Assembly (NCBI RefSeq): GCF_006345805.1
Contig: NC_042997.1
Coordinates: 90,086,001 to 90,150,000, forward strand
Direction of reading: 5' to 3'
DNA: 64,000 bases
Origin: Octopus sinensis
Lineage: Eukaryota
A program made the translations under genes and the position numbers. Under the pieces are notes generated by a model. The model was not told the DNA's origin. It worked only from the letters and a program-made list of their open reading frames with translations, and made no database searches. This document shows positions 37,227 through 48,303 of the stretch, piece by piece; position 1 is the first letter of the stretch; each line of letters starts with the position of its first letter.

Positions 37227-37289
37227 CCTTATATATATATACATATATATATGTGTGTGTGTGTGTGTGTGTATGCATATATTCTTTTA

Positions 37290-37477
37290 TTCTTTTACTT
37301 GTTTCAATCATTTGACTGCAGCCATGTTGAAGCACAACCTTTAGTCAAGCAAATCAACCCCAGAACTTATTCTTTGTAAGCCTAGTATTTATTCTATCAG
37401 TCTCTTTTGCTGAACCACTAAGACACCTGCATCAATTGTTAAACAATGTTTGGGGGGATGAACACAGACACACACAC

Positions 37478-37526
<49 letters not shown>

Positions 37527-37700
37527 TATATACATACATACATACACAATGGGCTTCTTTCAGTTTATGTCTACCAAATCCACTCACAAGGCTGAGGCTA
37601 TAGTAGAAGACACTTGCCCAAGGTGCCATGTAGTGGGACTGATCCTGGAACCATGTGATTGGTAAGCAAGCTACTTACCATACAGCCACTCCTGTGCCTA
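37290..37700 (-). mobile_element. SINE family A
   Basis: Reverse-complement match with a (TA)n centre. Confidence 0.8.
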
Positions 37701-38104
37701 TGTATATTTTTTATTTCAACTTTATTTTCTCTATCTTCTTTTATTATTATTATTGTTATATTTTATTTATGCCTTTTTGAAAAACAGTTTTTAAATAGTT
37801 TTTTGTGTTTACTAAAATAAAAAAGAATAGAAAGAAAAATTCAATGACTTGTCAAGATGGATTTCCAAGAACAATAATACATGCATTCACCATATATACA
37901 TATTTTACTTCTTTCAGGTATTAGACTATGGCCATGCTGGGGCACCACCTTGAAGAATTTTTAGTCAAATGAATCGAGTCCAGTGTTTTTTTTTAGCCAG
38001 GTACTTATTCTATCAATTTCTTTTGCTAAATGGCTAAGTTACACAGACGTAAACACACCAACACCAATTGTTAAGCAGTGGTGCAGGACAAACACACACA
38101 CAAA

Positions 38105-38149
<45 letters not shown>

Positions 38150-39069
38150 CCATACATAAAATGGGCTTCTTTCAGTGTGTGTGTGTGGTGTATGTATGTA
38201 TATATACACACATATATGTATCCATCACATATATGATGGATAATAATATTTATATATATACACACATGAGATAAATGATATGTATATATATACTGCATGC
38301 ATTCTCATTGTTTATCATTTATGAGTTATTACATCATGCAAAAGAACTGTTTCCATCAGGTGAATATATACAAATTAAACATTTCAAAAAATATTCCAGG
38401 AATCTACATTATGTGCCACTTCATGATTCCTGAAGCTAGCCAGGAATTATAAATGTCGAACAATGAATTTTGGGAAAGCATTTAGTCAATTACATTGACC
38501 ACAGTGCATGACTGTTACTTATTTTATAGACCCTGAAAGGATGAAAGACAAAGTTGATCTTGGCAGAATTTGAACTCAAAACATAAAGAGCTTTTCAACA
38601 TCTGAATTACACTGAGGTCAACTTTGCCATTCATCCATTCAAGGTCAATGAAATATGTACTGGGGTCAGTGTAATCGACTTATCCTCTTCCTTTAAACTG
38701 TTGGCCTTGTGCTAAAATTTAAAACCAATATCAATGGTCAAAATATTTTGACATTCCATATTTTATTGGTGAAATGATTTGCATGAAAACAGTCTTTCAA
38801 TGTCAACCAATCTGTTGGCAATAATGTTTCAAGGTGTTCTGGCATATTTAATTTTGTTGCAAAGATGGGGAAGAGGGCAGGAGATGAAAATGTTCTAGTA
38901 TAAGAAAGTGGGTGATAATTATAAAAAAAGATTTTAGAAGCCCTGAGTAGATCAGTGTTGAAACTTGATGTGGTATATTGTTGAAGTATGTATACAATCA
39001 TGTTATGTACACACACACACATGCATGTGACAACCAATTCATTTTTAGTATATTTGCATATTGTTGGAG

Positions 39070-39434
39070 CAATTGATGAGAGAAGATGAGGTGGAAGAGA
39101 AGAGAGACAATGGAAAGAGAAGGTGAAAGAGAAAGCAGGCAAAAGACAGAAGTAGATGAGAGGGAAGGAGGGAGGTGAGAAAGAAAGATGGTTGGAGAGC
39201 AAAGAAGAATAGTAGTGAGAGGGGGGAAAATAGTAGTGGGAGGAGAGGTGGAGAGAAGAAAATATAGAAGTAGAGAAGAAATGGTGGTAGTGAGAGGGGA
39301 GAAGGGAACATGGAAAGGGATGAAGAGTGGAGAAGACATGGAAGGGAAGAAGAGATGAGGCACAGAAGGAGGGAGAAACGTGGTAAGAGGAGGAGAAGAA
39401 AGAATACAGGAGAAAGAGAGAAAAGAGAGTGAAT

Positions 39435-39480
<46 letters not shown>

Positions 39481-39570
39481 TGGGGAAGCATTAGAAAAAA
39501 CGGCCATAAGTGAGAAAGCAGTAAGAAAAAAGAGGAGAGAGAGAGAGTGATAGGAAGAAATAGAAACAGG

Positions 39571-39609
<39 letters not shown>

Positions 39610-39680
39610 TAAGAAGAAATAGAAACAGGTGAGAGAGAGAGAGAGAGACAGAGAGAAGAGGACAGTAAGAGTTGTAGGTA
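39070..39680. repeat. Purine-rich low-complexity tract with (GA)n blocks and a short internal duplication
   Basis: gagagtgata.gaagaaatagaaacaggtga occurs twice; source of the Leu/Ser ORFs. Confidence 0.9.
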
Positions 39681-40009
39681 AAACAAAATGGCTTGCAAGG
39701 CAGAGGAGTGGGATATATAAAATGCTTCCAGGCAACATTGCAGTAACATTTTAATTAACATGATCACAACTTGAAGCTTATGAGAAAAACAAACTAACCA
39801 ACCAGCCAACCAACCTATGATACTTAATAATGTTGTAGAGGCTATTCAATCAATTATTCATATCCCGTCTTTACAAACCCTTCATTATGCTTTTATGGAT
39901 TAAAATGTTTTTAACCAGTTAAATGCAATATAATTTCTGAATAATGAGCTGAGTATTGTCCACTAAAAGGGGCAATACTGTGCAGCGCAAGTTAGTTGAT
40001 GCTTTAGAT

Positions 40010-40462
40010 CAGTGGTTCTGAACTGAGGTCCATATCAAATTCTGTTGTTAAAAATTTATAAATGCATAGCAGAACTTCTGGCGCTTTATGTTCCGAGTTC
40101 AAATTCTGCCAAGATCAACTTTGCCTCTCAGCCTTTCCAGGGTTCATGAAATAAGTAACAGTCAAGCACTGTGGTCAATGTAATCAACTAGACACTCTCT
40201 CAAAATTTCTGGTCTTATTCTTGTAGCAGAAAGAAATATTACCAGAAAATAAGGCAGCAAATAAGCAGACCTGTTAGCACATTGTTCAAAATACTTAGCA
40301 ATATTCTGACTCTTTACATCTTCTTTTATACAATTCCTAATAATATTTAATTATAAAAATACAGCAGGATTTTTTTAATATACATCAAATGGCTATGGAG
40401 GTCAAGTAGAATGAAATAGGAATCAAAGGGGTCCATAGGCAAAAAATGGTCGAGGATCACAG
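40010..40462. mobile_element. hAT (Charlie-like) MITE carrying a nested SINE
   Basis: Starts CAGTGGTTCTGAAC, ends GTCGAGGATCACAG; 8-bp TSD ctttagat/ctttaaat (7/8); shares the ggggtccata(t)gg subterminal motif with 31007-31566. Confidence 0.7.
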
Positions 40463-41168
40463 CTTTAAATGATGCTTTCAATTATATATATATATTTTTT
40501 TTACCTCAGGTATTGAGGGCATGTGGCTTAGTGGCTAGGGTTTTGCACTTATGAGTGCAAGATCATGGTTTTGATTCCCAGACCAGGTAGTGCATTATGT
40601 TTTGACATCTGATATATGGCACACTGTGCACCTCTACAGGTAATGTCGAGATTTGATGGAGGGAGTGAGCAAATGTGCAGCACAAACACTTGATCACTAT
40701 AAACAAATCATCTGTGCAGATTGCTCAGCAAAAATTTTCAGAACTCTCATAAAACCTCATCTGTTGTTTACAACAAGAGAGTCTATCAGGTATCTAGTGT
40801 TATTCAATGTGTCATTCTATTTTTAAGACATTAAAATGTCATTGGAAGAAGACTTGACTGATATTTCTTGTAAGGTGAGTGACCATACAGATGCTCTCAC
40901 TCTCTCTCTCTCTTTCTTTCTTTCTCTTATTGGTCCACAAAGGGAATGCCATAAAAATCCATGTATAATATGCATCTTGATTTTGGGGCCTAAACTGGCT
41001 ACAAAAAATCCCTCAAAACATAACACTATGCATGATGGCTTAGCTAGTCAAAACTTCAAAGTCACTGTCAACAGATTAATAAATTTGTGCTCCACAAAAG
41101 TATAGAGTAACCCATCAGATTAATGTAAAAGTGTTTTCATTATAACAGAATATAAAAACAAACATTAA

Positions 41169-41386
41169 TCCATTAGCATTTAAATCAGCCATATCCAACC
41201 AAAATTTTCTATTTGTTTTAGGTTCAAACTGGCCAAATCCAGGCTCTCATAACACTCTACAATGTTATTCTACATTAAACAATCACACCACCGAAATCTC
41301 AAGGATATGAGATAATGCATGATTAATTTAAAACAATGTAAATCAATAATCATTACGTTTGATAGAATAACCTGAACACTAAAGGG
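41169..41386. mobile_element. piggyBac-type MITE (family D)
   Basis: TTAA/TCCATTAGCATT...CACTAAAGGG/TTGA. Confidence 0.7.
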
Positions 41387-42894
41387 TTGATATATATATA
41401 TATATATCATGTATGTTTGTATGTATGTCTATGTATGTGTATATATGTATGCGTATGTATGCATGTATGTATGTATGTATGTATGTATGTATGTATGTAT
41501 GTATGTATATGTGTGTGTGACTTTCTGTGTGTCTTAACAACTGGTGTTGGTATTACTTCCGTGAAAGAGACTAATACTATAAGTACCAGACTTAGAAACA
41601 AATAAGTGTTGAGGTCGATTTGATTGACTAAAACCACACAAGTAAAAGATAAATTACACAAATACCATGTATCATATATAACCCAAATTTTAAATTTTAA
41701 TCTTGATTTTTGTGAGAGAGAAAAATACGTACAGTACATGGAGTTTTATGGTAATTACATTAGCAAGTAACGTAAATAGCAATTGCATGCATTGCAGACC
41801 TATTCAACCCAGAGTATCTTTTACTAGATTGTATTGCTGATAGAGCTGATGATGATAACCTCTTGGTAGTGGTGGGGTGTTAAAGTACTTGTAATGGACA
41901 TGATGGGAACATATTACCATCTCTCATACAAAACAGGTCCCCTGTGCCTAGTAAAAAAAAAATCAATATCTAATTAACAGAGTACATATGTGTGCACTTC
42001 TGTTGGATATAATTTCTAATTTCATTGTAAACAGACAGAAATTAACAAGGTTTTTCCAACTGAAATTCACCTCTAAATTTACAGCAAAACCTGGGGAATA
42101 ATTGCTAGAATTGCTAGTTTTGTCCAAAATTACATCTAACAATGTCAAATATATTGTTTTCCTGGCCTCTTCTGCTGTTTCTTCTTCTAGTATTGTTGAG
42201 AATTTTATTTTATTTTCATTTCTGGTTTAACCTTCTTTCCTGAACCAGAAGGATGGAAAACATTAGTAATTGCAATAACAGTCCCAAAGATTAAAGGTTC
42301 CAGATGGTTAAGTAAGCAAGCCATCAAATTAAGCAACTCATTATTTGCTAATTCTTTAGTTTTTCTCTTTTTCAAAATTTGTTTAGCATTGTTGTTTGTT
42401 TGTTTGTCTTTCGCAGTAAGTTAACCTTCTTCACTCAGCTTTTTAACTTTCTGCTTCGTTCTTCACCTAATCTACTCAATTTTTGATATTTCTGAAATGC
42501 ATGAGGAATGGAGTGGGTTTATGGTGTGGCTGTTGAAATACTAAAATTGTTGCATTACAACGGCACTAGATCAGAGAAATCTCATGAGTCAGGTCAAATA
42601 TGATGAAAACTGTAACCATAGTAATCATGCTAAATTATTCCAGTATAGATTGTTGCAAAGACAAGACAGTTTCCATTTTATTTTGCTGATATAGGGAAAA
42701 ATGAGTTTTTAAAACTGATAATAATAACTACTGTCATATAACAAAGCCTGTGCCTAGTAACTTATAAGTATAGCAGTTGTAGTCTTTGGTTCTAAAATTG
42801 TTACTGTTTAGTCCTTTTCAAGTTGATTTATAATTGCAGACCATCCTTCCTTGATCAGCACCAATCACAATGAACTACATTATCCAATCTTTTA

Positions 42895-43275
42895 CCTTTT
42901 GTCTTTCACTTGTTTCAGATATTAGACTATGGCCAGGCTGGAGCACTGCCCTGAAGAATTTTCATTGAATGAATTACCCTTTAGTACCTATTTTTTTCTT
43001 TTTAAGTCAGGTACTTATTCTATCGGTCTCTTTAGCTGGACTGCTAAGTTATGGGGATGTAAATACACCAACACCAGTTGTTAAGAGGAGGTAGAGAACA
43101 AACACAGACACAAACACACACACACACATGATGAGCTTCTTTTAGTTTCCATCAACCAAATTCACCGACAAAGCTTTGGTCAGCCTGCGACTATAGTAGA
43201 AGGCACTTGCTCAAGGTGCCATGTAGTGGGACTGAACCCAGAACCATGTGGTTGGGAAGCAAACTTCCTGCACCT
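42895..43275 (-). mobile_element. SINE family A
   Basis: Reverse-complement match; its head is re-duplicated at 43552-43670. Confidence 0.8.
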
Positions 43276-43947
43276 ATAGTGTGCCCTCCATAATTTTTTA
43301 AGGTGGCAGGGTTTTGATTTGAGTGAGATTTCATAGCAATTTCTAGTAAAGTGAGTGATTACATGTAGACTCTCATGTCACCATCGATATCAATCATAAT
43401 CATCATCATCATTTAGCATCTGTTGTCCATGCTGGTATGAGTTGGATGGTGTGACCAGGGCTGGCATGCTGGCAGTGGGGTTGTACCAGACTCCAGTCTT
43501 ATTTGGTGTGGTTTCTATGGCTGGATGCCCTTTCTAACACTAGCCACTTTGCAAATTCACCGACAAAGCTTTGGTCAGCCTGCGACTATAGTAGAAGGCA
43601 CTTGCTCAAGGTGCCATGTAGTGGACTGAACCCAGAACCATGTGGTTGGGAAGCAAACTTCCTGCACCTATAGTGTGCCCTCCATAATTTTTTAAGGTGG
43701 CAGGGTTTTGATTTGAGTGAGATTTCATAGCAATTTCTAGTAAAGTGAGTGATTACATGTAGACTCTCATGTCACCATCGATATCAATCATAATCATCAT
43801 CATCATTTAGCATCTGTTGTCCATGCTGGTATGAGTTGGATGGTGTGACCAGGGCTGGCATGCTGGCAGTGGGGTTGTACCAGACTCCAGTCTTATTTGG
43901 TGTGGTTTCTATGGCTGGATGCCCTTTCTAACACTAGCCACTTTGCA
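43157..43947. repeat. Near-identical 395-bp tandem duplication
   Basis: caaattcaccgac... at 43157 and 43552; one G-run indel seen; CA microhomology at the junction. Confidence 0.95.
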
Positions 43948-43957
43948 GAATGTGCTG

Positions 43958-44158
43958 GGAGCTTTTACATGGCACCACACTGGTACTTTTATATGACACC
44001 ACACAGGCATTTTCATGTGACCCTGCATGGATGCTTTTACATGATGCCACACAGGTGCTTTTACATGACACCACATGGATGTTTTTATGTGTTGTTGGAT
44101 GAGTGCTTTTACATGAGACCGCATGAGTGCTTTTATGTAGCACCGCCACAAGTGCTTT
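43958..44158. repeat. 24-bp minisatellite inside an RTE-tail element
   Basis: About 8 units of gcttttacatg.caccaca.g.gt; the ORF shows an 8-aa period. Confidence 0.9.
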
Positions 44159-44379
44159 AGAAATGAAATATCTGAAGTTACAGGACTCCATACAAGGTCA
44201 TTATTATTTCATCTATAAGCGATTAAATTACAGGAGTTTAATTTCAAACATAACATTGCAGTGTAATGTTAACTGTTTCTATACTATTTTAAAGAATAAT
44301 AGAGTCTGTAGCATCATTTCTCACAAACTAACTTTGATATTTATTGAATCCTTCAGATCACATCCAACACCTGTTTCTC

Positions 44380-44720
44380 TACATAATTCTTCCAATTCAC
44401 AGTATTTCCCATTAGTCATTTTTCTCCTTCTGATCATAGTTTCAACATCATTTTAACACACTAAAGTGAGTTAGATGAGTTTCTTCTTCTTGCATCACCC
44501 TGCCCCACTACCTAATTTCAACCATTTTCATTGTAAATCATTTCTTCTTTGAGGCAATTCATCCTCAGATTTGTCTTCTAATGTCTTGGCATGCTTCTAT
44601 CCTAAGAGCACTCCATCATAAACTTCAATACACTCACACAACACATCATTCATTCACATTATATATGTCATGCACACATTGGCTGATGTCTGTGATATGA
44701 CACAAATGTCAACCATTATC
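44380..44720 (-). mobile_element. Possible mariner HTH remnant
   Basis: Weak: VETMIRRRKMT...ELEELCRETGVG spacing resembles the mariner second HTH; heavily decayed. Confidence 0.25.
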
Positions 44721-44917
44721 ATTTCATGTGTAACTTGTGTACAACCAACATTTTACAACCAGTTTGTCTTAAGGCTTCTTTAGTCTATTTGTTGTTTCCC
44801 TGTCATCCTAAAACACATTTTGCTGCCAAACACACAACCATTTCCATCGAATACCTCTCCTGTTGTGGTTTCCAGTCTTGAATTCAGTGGCCATTGCTTC
44901 TAATAGAAATATCTTAC

Positions 44918-45045
44918 CTTCCAGTTCACCAATTGGTTGACTAGTGTTGACTTTCCAGCATTAGGGACACCAATTATTCCAAACCGAAGTATTTTAGCAT
45001 CATCTGGTTGGTCTGGTGGAAGTAAAAATCGTTCTTGCTGTTCTT
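44918..45045 (-). CDS. ERAL1: ERAL1/Era GTPase internal coding exon carrying the G1 P-loop (xEEQQERFLLPPDQPDDAKILRFGIIGVPNAGKSTLVNQLVNWK)
   Basis: 128 nt between a ttgcag acceptor (AG at 45047-45046) and a GTAAGA donor; phase 1 to phase 0. GxPNAGKSTLxNxL is Era-family G1. Joins in frame to the 24321 exon. Confidence 0.9.
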
Positions 45046-45180
45046 CTGCAAGTATAAAGAGAGGATAGCCACTAATAACATGCTTTACTTTATAATGAAG
45101 GAAAACGTTTACGTAAACAGGGAGAAGACACACTTGACTGAATCAAACCCATAATGTTATACTGAGTCATGATGGATTAA

Positions 45181-45397
45181 CCTTTTAGTGTTCATATTAC
45201 TCTATCAAATGTAGCACTTATTCACATTATTTCGAATCAATCATGCACTAGCTTGTAGTGTTGAGATTTTGATGATGTGATTGTTTATTGTACGAATGAA
45301 ATTGTAGAGTAGACGTGACATACCAGATCTGGCCAGTTTGAACATAAAACAAGTGGAATATTTGGACTGAAAATAGCCAGTTTAAATGCTAGCAGAG
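45181..45397. mobile_element. piggyBac-type MITE (family D), 135 bp upstream of the ERAL1 G1-exon acceptor
   Basis: TTAA/CCTTTTAGTG start; reverse-orientation family D body. Confidence 0.65.
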
Positions 45398-45639
45398 TTT
45401 CAAGTTGGTAGTGGTACAGATACTATAAAGTTTCTGAGCAGGCAGAATCATTAGCACACTGGACAAAATGCCTAGCAGTATTTTATCTGCCTTTGTATTC
45501 TGAGTTCAAATTCAGCTGAGGACATCTTTACCGTTAATCCTTTCAAGATTAATAAAACAAGTACTAGTTGAGCACTGGGGTTGATGTAATTAACTATCCC
45601 CTGCCTGCCAAATTTCAGGCCAATTTCAGTGGAATGCCT

Positions 45640-46060
45640 CTAAGTAGAGTGATTTGGACTCCATATCAAAGCTTGTCTGATGCATCTCCCATTTTCTGGG
45701 ATCCATACCATTCGTGGCACCCCCACCGGTCTCCTATTCATTAGTGTAGCTCGTGTATGAAGTGCCTTCACTCAACATAAAATTGCGTTATGGGTGGCAA
45801 CAGCCTGATTTCAGTGAATATTGAAGTGGTGCCAAAACTAACACTGAACTGCTGTGACAGATTCATTATTCTTCACATAACTGTCATAGGCAAACATATG
45901 ATGCTCTGTTGTCCACAGCACCATGGCTTCACCTGAAAAGAAAAAAAATGCCAAGACACCATGGAACAAATGGTACCTGTTGGCAGCCATTTCAAAAACG
46001 TCTGTCGTCTCTGCCCCACCCTGTATCAGGATACTTTCTTTCCTGCCTCTCACTAGTGAA
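45640..46060 (-). mobile_element. Tc1/mariner-superfamily transposase N-terminal remnant (DUF4817-like HTH)
   Basis: WTTEHHMFAYDSYVKNNESVTAVQ..FWHHFNI...RPVGVPRMVWIPEN resembles WS.EHRAF.VE.YFKNNES...QR.FR..F...GRPR..RTPEN. Confidence 0.65.
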
Positions 46061-46934
46061 GGAGACCCAGTAAAGGGTCATGGGCATAGCTTTCCCTCCT
46101 GACTGAAATATTAGAAGTAAAAGAACATGATTGTAGTAAACCTATCCAACCCATGAAAAGATGAAGAAAATTGGTGTTGTAATGAATATAACAATGTTAT
46201 CTTGAAAGGAATGTGTTTAGAGAAAACAAATATATTTTAATTCATAACACCATCTCCTCTTGCCTCCTCCTCCTGTTCATACTGAATAAATCTATCATTA
46301 ATCACAAATATAATTTAGATAAAAAATTAAAACAAAAAGCAAGACTAAACTAGAATAGAAAAGTTTTTAAAAAAACCCCATTAAGTGATACAAAAATATA
46401 TACCAAAAAATACTTTTAAAAAAATGTAATAATTTGAGGGAAAATAGAATTATAATCAATTGCAAACGAAAAAAAGAACAGCCTTGCATGTGGATGGTAT
46501 CACGGTGGTATTAAGATGGTATCAAAGTTGGCAATCATTAGAACTGGTTGTATATGGCAAAGAAGGAGTGTAAGAAGGGTGGATAAGTTAGTTAAATGCA
46601 GCAAGGAATTAGGAAAGTCACACACACACACACACACACACACAAACATACAAACAATGAAGTAATGGATTTATTTGTTTCTTTCGTTGCTATAAACATC
46701 TAAAAAGTTCAACAGACTGTTTTTGTTATATCTCTTATTAACATCTCTCGAGATGTTAAAAGGAGATATAAGGGAGACAGACTGCTTCACTCTTAGACTT
46801 CACTAATCACTACCACATACTGTAACAACAACAACAACTGCCACCACCAATGCTGCCGCTGCCACCACCAGCATAACACTAACCATTTCCATACATGTCA
46901 TAAGGCTGAGAAAAGCTAACTGTTAAAATATTAG

Positions 46935-47150
46935 TTGCTCTCTGACAGGTTTATGGTTGAGCCAGTGGCAGTGGAGGCCTTTGGCATTCTTGGGCCCCAG
47001 GACCATATCCCAGCTCACCACTATTGGGGCTGGAAATGGTTATCTGCAAGTGCAAGCTCCATGAATCAGAGTGGCTGTTCCAGTGCATCTCCCTCACCAT
47101 TCTCTGTGGCAACACCCTTTCCATTTTGTTTGCTGAGACCATGAGATGGT
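46935..47150 (+). mobile_element. C-terminal remnant of a restriction-like-endonuclease (CRE-like) non-LTR retrotransposon
   Basis: EPVAVEAFGILGP, frameshift, then ESEWLFQCISLTILCGNTFSIL; matches the PVAVET.G..G / LFQRIS.AI.RGNA pattern. Confidence 0.6.
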
Positions 47151-47674
47151 CTGAATCACAGGAAATCAAGAGAATGTAAGAGTTTTGTAGTTTACAATTA
47201 ATAGTTGGTCACTATACTGTTACATTTAACGTAGTCTTTTCTACAAAACCCTCTATCACCTTTGAGTTTGGTAGCAAAGGTGATAGAGCGGTTTGAAGAG
47301 AAGTTGCTGTTCTATATTGATGTTTTCCTATTAAAATCTCCATTGTTTGATGAACTACTGAAATTATTGAAGGAAAACAAAAAGCGAATAAACTAAGAAT
47401 TTTTAAATAATTGCAGAAAACAATCATTTTTTTTCCCCCCCGTTTTGTTTCTACTTCTTTTCTTTAAGTTCTAAGATGACCCGTATATTTGTACATGGCT
47501 GCCTTTACCTCGGTCACAACTACTAACACTACAACCACCTAGCATCACACTTCCCCAACCTCCAACAACAGCTTCACAAATTAAAAGTACTATGTCCCAT
47601 CCTCTAAGCAGCTGTTGTTGATGTTAAACTGCAAGACAATCCCGATTAAACAAATGTATGTTCAAAGACATTTC

Positions 47675-48303
47675 ATAAGTGACTATCATAATTTTTCACT
47701 GTGTTGACCAGACTATTGGATGTTGTTACATACTGCCAGTCACAATGCACTTCTTTTGAATAATGTCACCCTGATGGCTAGGTGGGCAGGCTAAAATTGT
47801 CCCTGAATGGGATGCTAGTCTATTGCAGGGTTACCCATTTGCAGCTCAGTTGACTAGAGCAATATGAAAAGAAGCTTTTTGATTAAAATTACAAGACAAA
47901 ATCAGCCTGGGAATCGAAACCATGATCTGGCAATTATGAGTACAATACCCTAACCACTAGGCCATGTGCCTTTATAAGTGACTGTCATTATTTTTTACTA
48001 TATTGACCAACCTATAGGACATTGTTATACACCACTGATCACAATGTACTTCTTCACATTGTTGTAGCTTCTGAATTATGCCACCCTGATGGTTAGGTGG
48101 CAGACCAAAACTGCCCCTGATTGGAATGCCAGTCCATTGCAGGGCTTACCCACTTACAACTGAGTGGACTCGAGCAATATGAAATGAAGTGTTTTGCTCA
48201 AAAATACAACACACAATCAGTCTGAGAATTGAAATCATGATCTTGCAATTATGAGTACAACATCTTTGCCACTAGGCAATGTGTTTTTATAAGTGACTAT
48301 CAT
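47675..48303. repeat. Diverged head-to-tail dimer of a family B-type SINE (299 and 315 bp)
   Basis: ataagtgact(a/g)tcat at 47675, 47974 and 48289 bracket two homologous units. Confidence 0.8.

Larger units (their letters stand above)
34241..37230 (-). mobile_element. Young 5'-truncated RTE-clade LINE
   Basis: C-terminal part of the APE endonuclease (GDFNGHVG, SQIDFIL, QHRL), RT (FVDLEKAFDRV, GVHQGSALSP, LYADD, FRYLG), RRLRWYGHV, CpG-rich 3' UTR and (GAT)n tail at 34241-34258. (TA)n on both flanks. Confidence 0.95.

Noticed and set aside
38998-39809. Leu/Ser/Phe-rich ORFs of 246-254 aa (also 4915-5529, 20048-20560)
   Set aside because: Reverse translation of purine-rich (GA)n tracts that lack stop codons by composition.
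43958-44158. CRISPR-like regular repeats (also 34507-34570 and 4578-4750)
   Set aside because: Contiguous degenerate units without unique spacers, in eukaryotic DNA with no cas genes.
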